Source: an uncultured Eubacteriales bacterium
Lineage (GTDB): Bacteria > Bacillota_I > Bacilli_A > RF39 > UBA660
Assembly: GCA_905211265.1 (NCBI GenBank)
Contig: CAJMAC010000001.1
Span: 2,412-66,411 of the forward strand
DNA: 64,000 bases
Direction of reading: 5' to 3'
Positions 8,918 through 18,067 of the stretch are shown here, one piece after another. The position numbers were made by a program, and so were the translations under genes. Every line of letters starts with the position of its first letter. Positions within the stretch are counted from its first letter, which is position 1. A model generated the notes under the pieces. The model was not told the origin of the DNA and ran no database searches. It saw only the letters and a program-made list of their open reading frames with translations.

Positions 8918-10198
8918 CTATTTAGTATACTCAAATTCATAATCAAGTATTCTAATAATATCCCCTTCCTGTACTCCCATTTTTTCTAATTCATCATCAA
9001 TTCCTAAGTTTCTTAACTTCTTACTAAATCTACTTATTGCTTCTTCAGTATTAAAGTTAGTCATCTTAAACATCTTTTCTACAATATCACCTTTAATTAT
9101 ATAAGTATTATTTTCTTTAATAATTGTATATGGCTTTTCATACTTAAATTTATATAATACATGACTTTCTATACTGTCTTTATCATATAAATCTTCTTCC
9201 TTAGTATTTTTAACTAGAGTTTCTAATTCATCAATAACCTTATCTAATCCAATATTATTTGTTGCAGATATTTCAAATATTTTTTTATCTACCTTTGTTT
9301 TAAATACTTCAAGATTTTCTTTTGATCCTTCAATATCCATTTTATTAGCAATAATAATTTCTTCCTTATTCATTAATTTATCACTAAATTCTTTTAATTC
9401 ATTTCTTATAACTAAATAATCTTCATAAGGATCCCTGCCTTCACTACCAGACATATCAATAACATGAGCAATAATTTTAGTTCTTTCAATATGTTTTAAA
9501 AACTTATGTCCAAGTCCTACACCATTACTTGCTCCTTCGATTAAACCAGGTAAATCTGCTACAGTATAACTATATCCAGTCTTAGTTTTAACAACTCCTA
9601 AATTTGGAGATAAAGTTGTAAAATGATATGAAGCAATTTTAGGATTAGCATTACTAATCATTGAAAGTATTGTACTTTTACCAACACTAGGAAGCCCCAC
9701 TAAACCAACATCTGCAAGCATTCTAAGTTCAACTTTAATTTGTCTAACTTCACCAGGTTCGCCACGCTCAGCATAAGATGGACAAGGATTACTTCTAGTA
9801 GCTAAACTAACATTACCTCTACCGCCTCTACCACCATAACATACAATTACTTTGTCATCTTTTTTAGTTAAATCTGCAATAACAACACCAGTATTATTAT
9901 CCTTTATTGTAGTGCCTAATGGCACACTTATTATAGTATCTTCTGCAGCCTTACCATTTTTATTTTTACCTTCACCATTTAATCCAGGATTTCCTTTAAA
10001 TACTTTTTTATATTTTAAATCAATTAAAGTTCTAAGTCCTTCATTAACAGTAAATATTATGTCGCCACCTTTACCACCATTTCCTCCGAATGGTCCTCCC
10101 ATAGCAACAAATTTTTCGCGGTGAAAAGCCATACAACCATCTCCACCACGACCTGCTTCTAAATTAAGTACTACCTCATCAACAAACATAACTTTCAC
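8918..10198 (-). CDS. obg: GTPase Obg/CgtA
   Basis: Obg fold MFVDEV..GGDGCMAFHREKF..GGNGGKGGD, G domain GLPSVGKST / DLPGLIEGA / NKMD, C-terminal OCT domain. The track start is GTG; ATG at 10189 (MFVDEV) is the likelier start. Confidence 0.97.
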   Translation of the reverse strand: MKVMFVDEVVLNLEAGRGGDGCMAFHREKFVAMGGPFGGNGGKGGDIIFTVNEGLRTLIDLKYKKVFKGNPGLNGEGKNKNGKAAEDTIISVPLGTTIKDNNTGVVIADLTKKDDKVIVCYGGRGGRGNVSLATRSNPCPSYAERGEPGEVRQIKVELRMLADVGLVGLPSVGKSTILSMISNANPKIASYHFTTLSPNLGVVKTKTGYSYTVADLPGLIEGASNGVGLGHKFLKHIERTKIIAHVIDMSGSEGRDPYEDYLVIRNELKEFSDKLMNKEEIIIANKMDIEGSKENLEVFKTKVDKKIFEISATNNIGLDKVIDELETLVKNTKEEDLYDKDSIESHVLYKFKYEKPYTIIKENNTYIIKGDIVEKMFKMTNFNTEEAISRFSKKLRNLGIDDELEKMGVQEGDIIRILDYEFEYTK

Positions 10199-10205
10199 AT
10201 CCTTT

Positions 10206-11150
10206 CTACTTTTTTCTTACATAAATCATAGCATCTTTCATATTATCTGAATAATTTTTATTATCAAAAAAATCAAAATAACATAACTCTTCATTAGTTA
10301 AATCATTATATTTAACATTTGATCCTGCTATTAATGTACCCTTAACCTTATTATCTTCCATAATACATTTGAATAAATAATGAATTAATATAACACCATC
10401 ATTATTTAATATAGGATTCATCTTATTAATTTCTTCCTTTAAACAAGAATAATTCCATCCAAATTTAAATCTAGAATCTAAATAATCAAAAATATTAGAT
10501 AATAATATAAAATCATATTTATTATTAAATTTATTACTTATATCTAATATGTCTAGACAAGAAAAATTAATCTTACTATTTAATAAATTATCTTTTAATA
10601 TTTCATAATCTTCATTACTAAATAAATAATTATTATATAATTTTATTCTATCTTTCATAATAAATCTTTTAGTAACTATATCACTAATTAATAATCTCTT
10701 ATCAGAATTATTACTTTGTAAATCATAATTAAATTTAACTAAATCATTCCAAAACATAGCATATTTATTATCCATATATGGTAATAATTTCTCTATAAAT
10801 ATACTTTCTTTATATATTGAATAATACCCTAATAATAAATCTAAATATTTATGTAAAAAATCTTTATAATCATATTTTAATATCATTGCTTTTTTTATAC
10901 CAAGTGAATAAAACTCAGTCAAATAATTACTATCAAAAGCATCTATATTTGTTATACCATTATGTATTAAATTAAATACTTGATCTCCACTTGATAACAC
11001 ACTAAGAGCACTATTCTTATCATTAAAATCAAAATTATTTAAATAACTCTTAATATTTTCATTAGTATAAGAATATACCCTATTACTAAAAGCATTATGA
11101 TATTTAATATAATTTTCTATTAGTTCTTTTGTTTTATATAATTCTTCCAT
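10206..11150 (-). CDS. Hypothetical protein, possibly DUF3419/BtaA-like SAM-binding fold
   Basis: Track ORF runs to 11219 and overlaps secG. ATG at 11150 (MEELYK) is preceded by GGGGG SD. Motifs ALSVLSSGDQVFNL..IDAFD and YDFILLSNIFDYL resemble DUF3419. Confidence 0.45.
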   Translation of the reverse strand: MEELYKTKELIENYIKYHNAFSNRVYSYTNENIKSYLNNFDFNDKNSALSVLSSGDQVFNLIHNGITNIDAFDSNYLTEFYSLGIKKAMILKYDYKDFLHKYLDLLLGYYSIYKESIFIEKLLPYMDNKYAMFWNDLVKFNYDLQSNNSDKRLLISDIVTKRFIMKDRIKLYNNYLFSNEDYEILKDNLLNSKINFSCLDILDISNKFNNKYDFILLSNIFDYLDSRFKFGWNYSCLKEEINKMNPILNNDGVILIHYLFKCIMEDNKVKGTLIAGSNVKYNDLTNEELCYFDFFDNKNYSDNMKDAMIYVRKK

Positions 11151-11184
11151 TTTATAACCCCCACACCTAAATAAAAAGGAGGTA

Positions 11185-11403
11185 TTACCCCCAAATTGAT
11201 ATAGCCATGCATAATACAAAGAATATTAATCCTAATGCAAATGTTAATCTACTTATAAATAATTCTACTCCTCTTTCTTTTCTATTAGAAAACAAATCTG
11301 AGTTACCACCTTGAATTACTTGTGAAGCAGCTTCAGCTTTACCACTTTGCAATAATACGATTGCTATTAATAAAATTGATACTATTAGTAATGCAATTTC
11401 CAT
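11185..11403 (-). CDS. secG: Preprotein translocase subunit SecG
   Basis: 72 aa, two TM segments, LLQSGK motif. Confidence 0.85.
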   Translation of the reverse strand: MEIALLIVSILLIAIVLLQSGKAEAASQVIQGGNSDLFSNRKERGVELFISRLTFALGLIFFVLCMAISIWG

Positions 11404-11459
11404 TTATATCTTCCTTCCTCGTGCTATATTATAGCAAATATTTTTATTTTTGTAAAGGA

Positions 11460-12890
11460 CTAATATTGTATACCCCAAATAACCATTTCTTTAGCATCCT
11501 TACCACAACAAACACATTTATCAGAAATATGTTCTTGTTCAAAAGGTATACATCTAGATTTAGTACCCTTAATTTCTTTTATTTTATCTTCACATTCTTT
11601 ATTTCCACACCACATTGCTTTAACAAATCCAGGATGATTACTAATTATCTCTTTCATTTCATCCATAGACTTAGCAGCATAAGTCATTTCATTTCTTCTT
11701 TCTAATGCTCTATTATATAAATTATTTTGAATATCATTTAATAAAGTTTTAACATTACTTACAACATCATCATTAATAAATACATTAGTCTTTTCTCTTG
11801 TATCTCTTCTTACCAAAGTAATAAATCCATCACTTAAATCTCTTGGACCTATTTCAATTCTAATAGGAATACCATTAACTTCAGCTTCTGCAAATTTAAA
11901 TCCTGCACTCTTATTTGAATAATCAACATAAGTAGCAATATTATTATCATTTAACTTATTACATAAATCTTCCGCTAAAGTATTAACATTAACATCATCC
12001 TTAACAGGAACTATAACTACTTGTCTTGGTGCAATTTTCGGAGGCAATACTAATCCATAATCATCCGAATGAACCATTATTAAAGCCCCAATCATTCTAG
12101 TAGTACTTCCCCATGAAGTTTGATATACATAATCTAATTTATTTTCTCTATTAGAAAATTTAATATCATAAGCTTTAGAAAACTTTTGACCAAAATAATG
12201 ACTTGTCGCAGATTGTAAACATACACCATTATACATTAAAGCCTCAACAGTATAAGTATATTCTGCACCAGCAAATTTTTCCTTATCAGTCTTTTTACCA
12301 ATTAATGATGGTATAGCTAAATAATCATGAAAGAAATCATTATAAACATTAAGCATTCTTAAAGTTTCTTCTTCTGCTTCTTCCCTAGTTTCATGAATAG
12401 TATGCCCCTCTTGCCATAAAAATTCTCTACTTCTTAAAAATGGTCTAGTTTCTTTTTCCCATCTCATTACATTACACCATTGATTATACTTCATTGGTAA
12501 ATCTCTATAACTATTAACTACCTTTGAATAATAATCTGAAAATAATGTTTCTGAAGTTGGTCTAATACAAAGCCTTTCTTCTAAAGTTTTTTGACCACCA
12601 TTAGTAACCCATGCAACTTCTGGAGCAAATCCATTAATTAATTCTCCTTCTTTTTTCATTAAGTTTTCAGGAATAAGTAATGGCATATATACATTTTTAT
12701 GTCCTGTTTCTTTAAATTTTGTGTCTAACACTTCTTGCATTTTCTCCCATATTGCATATCCATTAGGTTCAATTACTAAACAACCTTTTACTGCAGAATA
12801 ATTAGCTAATCTAGCAGCCATAACAACATCAGTATACCATTTAGCAAAATCAATATCTCTACTAGTAATATTTTTATTTTTTATATCCAT
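11460..12890 (-). CDS. proS: Prolyl-tRNA synthetase, archaeal/eukaryote-like class IIa type
   Basis: 476 aa. Class II motifs (..FRDE-like REFLWQEGH, GALIMVHSDD), anticodon-binding domain, C-terminal Zn-binding domain ending in Y. Confidence 0.95.
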   Translation of the reverse strand: MDIKNKNITSRDIDFAKWYTDVVMAARLANYSAVKGCLVIEPNGYAIWEKMQEVLDTKFKETGHKNVYMPLLIPENLMKKEGELINGFAPEVAWVTNGGQKTLEERLCIRPTSETLFSDYYSKVVNSYRDLPMKYNQWCNVMRWEKETRPFLRSREFLWQEGHTIHETREEAEEETLRMLNVYNDFFHDYLAIPSLIGKKTDKEKFAGAEYTYTVEALMYNGVCLQSATSHYFGQKFSKAYDIKFSNRENKLDYVYQTSWGSTTRMIGALIMVHSDDYGLVLPPKIAPRQVVIVPVKDDVNVNTLAEDLCNKLNDNNIATYVDYSNKSAGFKFAEAEVNGIPIRIEIGPRDLSDGFITLVRRDTREKTNVFINDDVVSNVKTLLNDIQNNLYNRALERRNEMTYAAKSMDEMKEIISNHPGFVKAMWCGNKECEDKIKEIKGTKSRCIPFEQEHISDKCVCCGKDAKEMVIWGIQY

Positions 12891-12986
12891 AATACGCCTT
12901 CTTTCATAAACATGTACTAATTATAGCATAATTTTATTAAAATATATAGTAATTTAACATTTTTTATATTTTTTTTATTATTTGTA

Positions 12987-13015
12987 TTGACAATTAAATT
13001 ATTAACTGATATAAT
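12987..13015 (+). promoter_or_regulatory. SigmaA-type promoter for the tRNA-Ala/tRNA-Pro pair
   Basis: TTGACA (12987-12992), 17-nt spacer, TATAAT (13010-13015), 13 nt before the tRNA-Ala 5' end. Confidence 0.7.
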
Positions 13016-13028
13016 TTAACTTGTCCGT

Positions 13029-13105
13029 GGGGAATTAGCTCAGTTGGCTAGAGCATCTGCCTTGCACGCAGAGGGTCAAGGGTTCGAGTCCCTCATTCTC
13101 CACCA
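13029..13105 (+). tRNA. tRNA-Ala (anticodon TGC)
   Basis: GGGGAATTAGCTCAGTTGG..CTTGCAC..GGTTCGAGTCC..ATTCTCCACCA. G3:U70 alanine identity pair present; CCA encoded. Confidence 0.92.
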
Positions 13106-13108
13106 GAT

Positions 13109-13185
13109 CGGGAAGTGGCTCAACTTGGCAGAGCATTTGGTTTGGGACCAAGGGGTTGCAGGTTCAAATCCTGTCTTCCCGACCA
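13109..13185 (+). tRNA. tRNA-Pro (anticodon TGG)
   Basis: CGGGAAGTGGCTCAACTTGG..anticodon loop TTTGGGA..GGTTCAAATCC..CTTCCCGACCA. Lies 3 nt after tRNA-Ala. Confidence 0.92.
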
Positions 13186-13194
13186 GTTGAAATT

Positions 13195-13226
13195 AAAGTC
13201 TTGTATTTCAAGACTTTTTATTTTTT
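13195..13226 (+). terminator. Rho-independent terminator after the tRNA pair (possibly bidirectional)
   Basis: AAAGTCTTG-tattt-CAAGACTTT followed by TTATTTTTT. Confidence 0.7.
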
Positions 13227-13569
13227 ATCTATCTTCATCTAATTCATCATCATCATTTTCTTCTGCTTCAATATAATCCGAAGGATTCATTCCCTCTTCC
13301 TTAGCAATTCTTTTATCTTCCTTAGATAATCCTAAAATATTTGCTTCTTTCTCAAATTCATCTTCTTTCCAAGATGTTTTTTTATTATTATTAAAATTAA
13401 CATTAAACTTCTTCGGAGCACCTACCTTCTTACCTGTTATCATACTAATAATTAAACTAACTACTAAATAACAAATATAATACATTAAATATAAAACAAA
13501 TAATATACAATAAAACATAATTTTAATCATCCATATAAAAATATTAATTAAAAATCCCATACAATTCAC
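13225..13569 (-). CDS. Hypothetical small membrane protein with acidic C-terminal tail
   Basis: Hydrophobic N-terminal half; C-terminus ..EAEENDDDELDEDR. Start codon uncertain. Confidence 0.45.
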   Translation of the reverse strand: MNCMGFLINIFIWMIKIMFYCILFVLYLMYYICYLVVSLIISMITGKKVGAPKKFNVNFNNNKKTSWKEDEFEKEANILGLSKEDKRIAKEEGMNPSDYIEAEENDDDELDEDR

Positions 13570-13676
13570 CTACAATAATTATATCATCTTTTAATAAATA
13601 ATAAACATATTTCGACAAATTTATTGCATATAATGTTATATAATAAGGAATGAAAACGCTCAAATACAACATATGT

Positions 13677-13705
13677 TTGACAAAACAATAAAAACGTGTT
13701 ATGAT
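13677..13705 (+). promoter_or_regulatory. Strong sigmaA-type promoter with extended -10
   Basis: TTGACA (13677-13682), 17-nt spacer ending in TGT, TATGAT (13700-13705). Followed by AAAGGAGG SD and the ATG at 13734. Confidence 0.6.
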
Positions 13706-13733
13706 ATGTAGGCTTTAAAAAAGGAGGAATAAT

Positions 13734-14348
13734 ATGGAAAGTTGTACAAATTATGAATTACAATTATTAGTAAACAAACTAAATAGTAGTAATATACCTG
13801 CAAAAGGTACTGGATATAATGAACTAGAAATATTTTATAACGAAAGTAATAAGGACATAGTATTAAGTTTATTAAGTACAATTAAAAATAGTAAAACAGG
13901 TTATAAATTTAAAAAAATAAAAGATAATAAATCTGTTACTATAAATTTCGGTAGTAGAATTAATATAAATGTAGAATATTTAACAAAATTATTAAATACC
14001 ACTATACCTACTGATACAACTAACTATACTATTATTGATAACATCCTTGATAATTATTCAGTAGATAATATAGATTTGTCTATTCAAGAAAATATGGAAT
14101 ATAAAAATAATTATTTAGTTACAATTAGTGAAATATTAGATAAAGAAGATATAGAAAATAACAACACATATGTTGTAAATAATAATTTAACTAACAATAT
14201 TATACATACAATAATAAGACCAGAACCAAATAATAAATATAAAATTACATATAGACTACTATATAGTGATATTAATACTCTATCTAGTTTATTAACTTAT
14301 GATGTAAAAATAAAAAGACTCTATAATGATCAAGTAAAATCATTATAG
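13734..14348 (+). CDS. Hypothetical protein (no family recognised)
   Basis: 204-aa ORF with near-consensus promoter and SD. No TM segment and no signal peptide. Confidence 0.6.
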   Translation: MESCTNYELQLLVNKLNSSNIPAKGTGYNELEIFYNESNKDIVLSLLSTIKNSKTGYKFKKIKDNKSVTINFGSRININVEYLTKLLNTTIPTDTTNYTIIDNILDNYSVDNIDLSIQENMEYKNNYLVTISEILDKEDIENNNTYVVNNNLTNNIIHTIIRPEPNNKYKITYRLLYSDINTLSSLLTYDVKIKRLYNDQVKSL

Positions 14349-14354
14349 AGTTTT

Positions 14355-14555
14355 CTAATGCTTTTCAATATGTATTAAATTATCATATACTTCTTCAAGA
14401 GCTCTACCAATATTCTTTTTACATTTATATTCACTTAATGGTTTTTGAAAATAATTGGTTTTAGTCATTTGTTTACTCCTTGAAGAAACAATATAAACTA
14501 ATGCATATTTTGAATCTACGATATTAAGTATTTTATCAATTGATGGATATATCAT
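14355..14555 (-). CDS. rpoZ: DNA-directed RNA polymerase subunit omega
   Basis: MIYPSIDKILNIVDSKYALVYIVSSRSKQM matches the Firmicute RpoZ N-terminus (PSID..L...DSKY.LV...A.RA.Q). Confidence 0.8.
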   Translation of the reverse strand: MIYPSIDKILNIVDSKYALVYIVSSRSKQMTKTNYFQKPLSEYKCKKNIGRALEEVYDNLIHIEKH

Positions 14556-14632
14556 TGTATCACACTCCCTACTTTAAGGATATAATAATTTCAAATAAAT
14601 TACAATACTCTTTACATAAACTATACATTTTT

Positions 14633-15661
14633 TTATTCATTTTCTTTTTTAAATCTTAAAATATATTTTTTATTCTTATCTATAACACTATCATTAATAC
14701 AATTAATAACTAATTGTCTACTTATTCTATTATCACTATATTTACTATTATATTCATCATTATTAAATAATTTTAATAAATTTTCTTTTGTTGAATTAAT
14801 TGAATTACTATCTACAAATAACAATAACGATTTAATAAACATTTGATATATTAACGAAGAAGTTTCAAAATTAATATCACTATAATAATCACTATCTTTA
14901 ATTATAGAAAGATCATATATTAATCCTGTAGCATAATAAATAGATAATATATTTATAATATTTATATCATTCTTTTCATATATATTATATAAATCTAAAT
15001 ACATAAAAGAGCCAATATAATTATCACCAACTATATCAAATTTATTATTTAATAAAGTATTTTCTAAATCTTCTTTAACAAAAGATAACATATATTTAGA
15101 ATAAATTAATTTATTATTTAAATGTGAATAATTATCATTATCAATAACATCCTGTAAATAAGATAAATAATTACTATCTACTTCATTTAGTATATATTTA
15201 TCTAAATTATTACATCCTTTCAAACATTTAAATATATTATCAAAAGAAATATTATTTTTTGATAAATTATTAATAAAATTAAAACTTATATCATAATATC
15301 CTAAATTCATAGTATTTAATATATTTTTAAGTCTTTCCTTAATCCTACATATAACAATATTCTTATAATCTAAACTAGATAAAACTTCCAAATAATTATC
15401 TTTTATATCAATATTTTTATCAATATAATAATACCATTTACAAATCTTATTATAAGTAAATTTACTTTTTTTATAATAATCATTTTCAATATTTTTCATC
15501 GTAATTAAATATCCTAAACATTTGTCATATTCTTCACTATCTTTCATATCACATATTTCTAATTCATATAATTTCTTATAAATTTCTAAAATAGAAAAAG
15601 TTATTTTATCTAATTTATCTAACTCATTTTTATCATCATTATTAAATTCAAGATTATTCAT
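14633..15661 (-). CDS. Hypothetical cytoplasmic protein (no family recognised)
   Basis: 342-aa ORF upstream of rpoZ, in the position where gmk is usually found. Confidence 0.6.
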   Translation of the reverse strand: MNNLEFNNDDKNELDKLDKITFSILEIYKKLYELEICDMKDSEEYDKCLGYLITMKNIENDYYKKSKFTYNKICKWYYYIDKNIDIKDNYLEVLSSLDYKNIVICRIKERLKNILNTMNLGYYDISFNFINNLSKNNISFDNIFKCLKGCNNLDKYILNEVDSNYLSYLQDVIDNDNYSHLNNKLIYSKYMLSFVKEDLENTLLNNKFDIVGDNYIGSFMYLDLYNIYEKNDINIINILSIYYATGLIYDLSIIKDSDYYSDINFETSSLIYQMFIKSLLLFVDSNSINSTKENLLKLFNNDEYNSKYSDNRISRQLVINCINDSVIDKNKKYILRFKKENE

Positions 15662-15730
15662 AATATCACTCCTGATAACATGTATTTTATCATTTATTTA
15701 TAATATTGTCTAGAAAAAGAATAGATTTCT

Positions 15731-18067
15731 CTATTCTAATGTTTTTATTATTCCCTTATAATATTGATATAACTTAGCAATATCATTTATTTCAATTACA
15801 CCATCATAAGTTACATCTCCTGCTATTTTATATGGTTCTTCTAAAGTAATTAATCCTTTATAATATCTATATAACTTAGAAATATCACCGATAAATATAT
15901 TACCACTACCTGTAATATCCCCCATAATAACAATTATATATTCATAACTAGTATTAAATAATTTAATACTAATTTTACAATTAGTCTTTAAATAATCATT
16001 ATCAGCTAATATATTATTATCTTTATCAGTTACTGTAATAATGTATTTACTATTTAGTTTACTCTTTAAATCACTAACCTTAGATATACTAGATATTATA
16101 TATTTATTATTCTTTATATTTAACTTAGATAAATCTATAACATCACTTACAATATTATAATTAAATATTTCTTCATCATTATAATATATTTTTAAATTCA
16201 TTCCTGATAATATATCACCATCATTTATTTCATTATTATTATTAAATACTTTATAATTACCATTTATAACATTAAATTTATTAATAAAATCATTATATTT
16301 TAAATTACTATCAATAACTATCTCATTATCTTTTATTACTAAACCATTTGAATTAATTCTTACCAAAGGATATGTTTTTAAAGTTTGACTATTATATTTA
16401 ACATATAAAATATTATTAATAATTTCAAAATTAGCATAATCTGTAGTAATATTATTTTTTATTTCTTCATCACTATCATTACCTACAAATAAATAATCTT
16501 TCTTTAAATCATATCTTTCACTAGATATTTTAACAGTATCAATAAAATACATAAGTTTATAATTAATATCCATATCATTTTCATTTTTAAACTTATTAAT
16601 ATCAATCGTAGCCTTACCACCATTAATAATTCTAATAACATTATTACTTATATTTAAATTATTACTTAAAGTAATATTACTACTTAAATTTGTTATACTA
16701 CTAGGTAATTTAACCATCTCATCTAATTCATTAACATTAATTAAACTATTAATTAATAATGGTTCCATATTTTTAGAAAAATTATTATCTTTTAAATTAA
16801 TATAAGTCAATTTATTATTATTAGTTAAATCAATACTTGATAATTTATTATTTTCTAATGATAATTTTGTTAAAAGAACATTATTACTTAAATCAATACT
16901 AGATAACTCACTATTATTTATAATTAAACTATCAAGTAAAGTATTTTTACTTAAATCAATATTATTTATTTTACTCTTTTCAATATTTATATTTTTAACA
17001 TTAATACCAAGAGTAATATAACTTAAATTGTTATTTCCCATTATAGAAATAGATTCTAATGAAAATATATTAGCATTTATTTTTTCTAAACTATTTATAT
17101 CATCAAGTTTCAAAGTTTTAATTAAATTATTATCAATATTCAAATCAGTTAATTTATTATTGCCACTTATTTCAAATGAATTAATAGAATTCAAATTACT
17201 AATATCTAAATTAGCTAAATTATTATCATTTAAATATAAAAGATTAAGCTGTCTATTATTACCAAACTTTATATTTGATAACTTATTGTTACCTAAATAT
17301 AAATATCTTAATTTAGTATTATTACTTATATCAATATAATCAATATTATTTGATGATATTTGTAATGTATCTAAATATATATTTTTACTTACATCTATAC
17401 TATCTAACTTGTTATTATTAATATATATCATACTTAAATTAGTATTATTAGTTAAATCTATACTGCTCAAATTATTATTTCCTAAATCAATATAACTCAA
17501 ATATGGACTATCACTTAAATTAATACCAGTTATTTTATTATTTGTTAATACTAAATTAGTAAGAACATTATTATTACTAATATTTATATCTGATATATTA
17601 TTATTCATAGCGTATATTGTTCCAAGATTTTTATTACAAGAAGTATCTAATTTATTTATTTTGTTTCCTTCGATAAAAATTTTAGTTAAATTAGTATTAT
17701 TACTTATATCAAAATCAGTAATATTATTATATTTTAAATTTAAAGAATTAAGATTAGTTAATTTTTCTATTCCTTTAACACTTTTAATTTTCTCAGTTTC
17801 ACTCTTATCTTTTCCATTACAATTTAAACTAGTAACCTTAGATAATTCTTCATCAGATAAAACTGTATCATAACTAACACTTAAACTATTATTTCTATTA
17901 TAAGAATCTATTACACACTTATAAAAGTTATCATCTTCAAAAGCATTATTTAATGATTCAGAATAGTTTTTTCTTTCAACTTGATAATTTATAACATTAA
18001 CATTATTATTAAATAACATTAACAAAACAAATAATACATATATACTATACTTCTTCATTAACATCAC
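15731..18067 (-). CDS. Secreted leucine-rich-repeat (internalin-like) protein with C-terminal dockerin-like module
   Basis: Signal peptide (likely start ATG 18058/18064). About 20 tandem 22-aa LRRs (LxxLxLxxNxLxxIDLSxN). C-terminal duplicated Ca-loop segments GDITGSGNIFIGDISKLYRYYKG and GDVTYDGVIEINDIAKLYQYYKG (bases 15734-15922). Confidence 0.75.
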   Translation of the reverse strand: MMLMKKYSIYVLFVLLMLFNNNVNVINYQVERKNYSESLNNAFEDDNFYKCVIDSYNRNNSLSVSYDTVLSDEELSKVTSLNCNGKDKSETEKIKSVKGIEKLTNLNSLNLKYNNITDFDISNNTNLTKIFIEGNKINKLDTSCNKNLGTIYAMNNNISDINISNNNVLTNLVLTNNKITGINLSDSPYLSYIDLGNNNLSSIDLTNNTNLSMIYINNNKLDSIDVSKNIYLDTLQISSNNIDYIDISNNTKLRYLYLGNNKLSNIKFGNNRQLNLLYLNDNNLANLDISNLNSINSFEISGNNKLTDLNIDNNLIKTLKLDDINSLEKINANIFSLESISIMGNNNLSYITLGINVKNINIEKSKINNIDLSKNTLLDSLIINNSELSSIDLSNNVLLTKLSLENNKLSSIDLTNNNKLTYINLKDNNFSKNMEPLLINSLINVNELDEMVKLPSSITNLSSNITLSNNLNISNNVIRIINGGKATIDINKFKNENDMDINYKLMYFIDTVKISSERYDLKKDYLFVGNDSDEEIKNNITTDYANFEIINNILYVKYNSQTLKTYPLVRINSNGLVIKDNEIVIDSNLKYNDFINKFNVINGNYKVFNNNNEINDGDILSGMNLKIYYNDEEIFNYNIVSDVIDLSKLNIKNNKYIISSISKVSDLKSKLNSKYIITVTDKDNNILADNDYLKTNCKISIKLFNTSYEYIIVIMGDITGSGNIFIGDISKLYRYYKGLITLEEPYKIAGDVTYDGVIEINDIAKLYQYYKGIIKTLE

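Noticed and set aside
12891-13028. Possible T-box leader upstream of proS.
   Set aside because: The region is under 100 nt before the divergent tRNA promoter, too short for a T-box. No specifier loop or T-box consensus was seen.
16700-17800. Highly periodic, about 66-bp repeats that could be mistaken for a repeat array or CRISPR-like structure.
   Set aside because: The periodicity is in frame and encodes 22-aa leucine-rich repeats. There is no repeat-spacer organisation and there are no cas genes.
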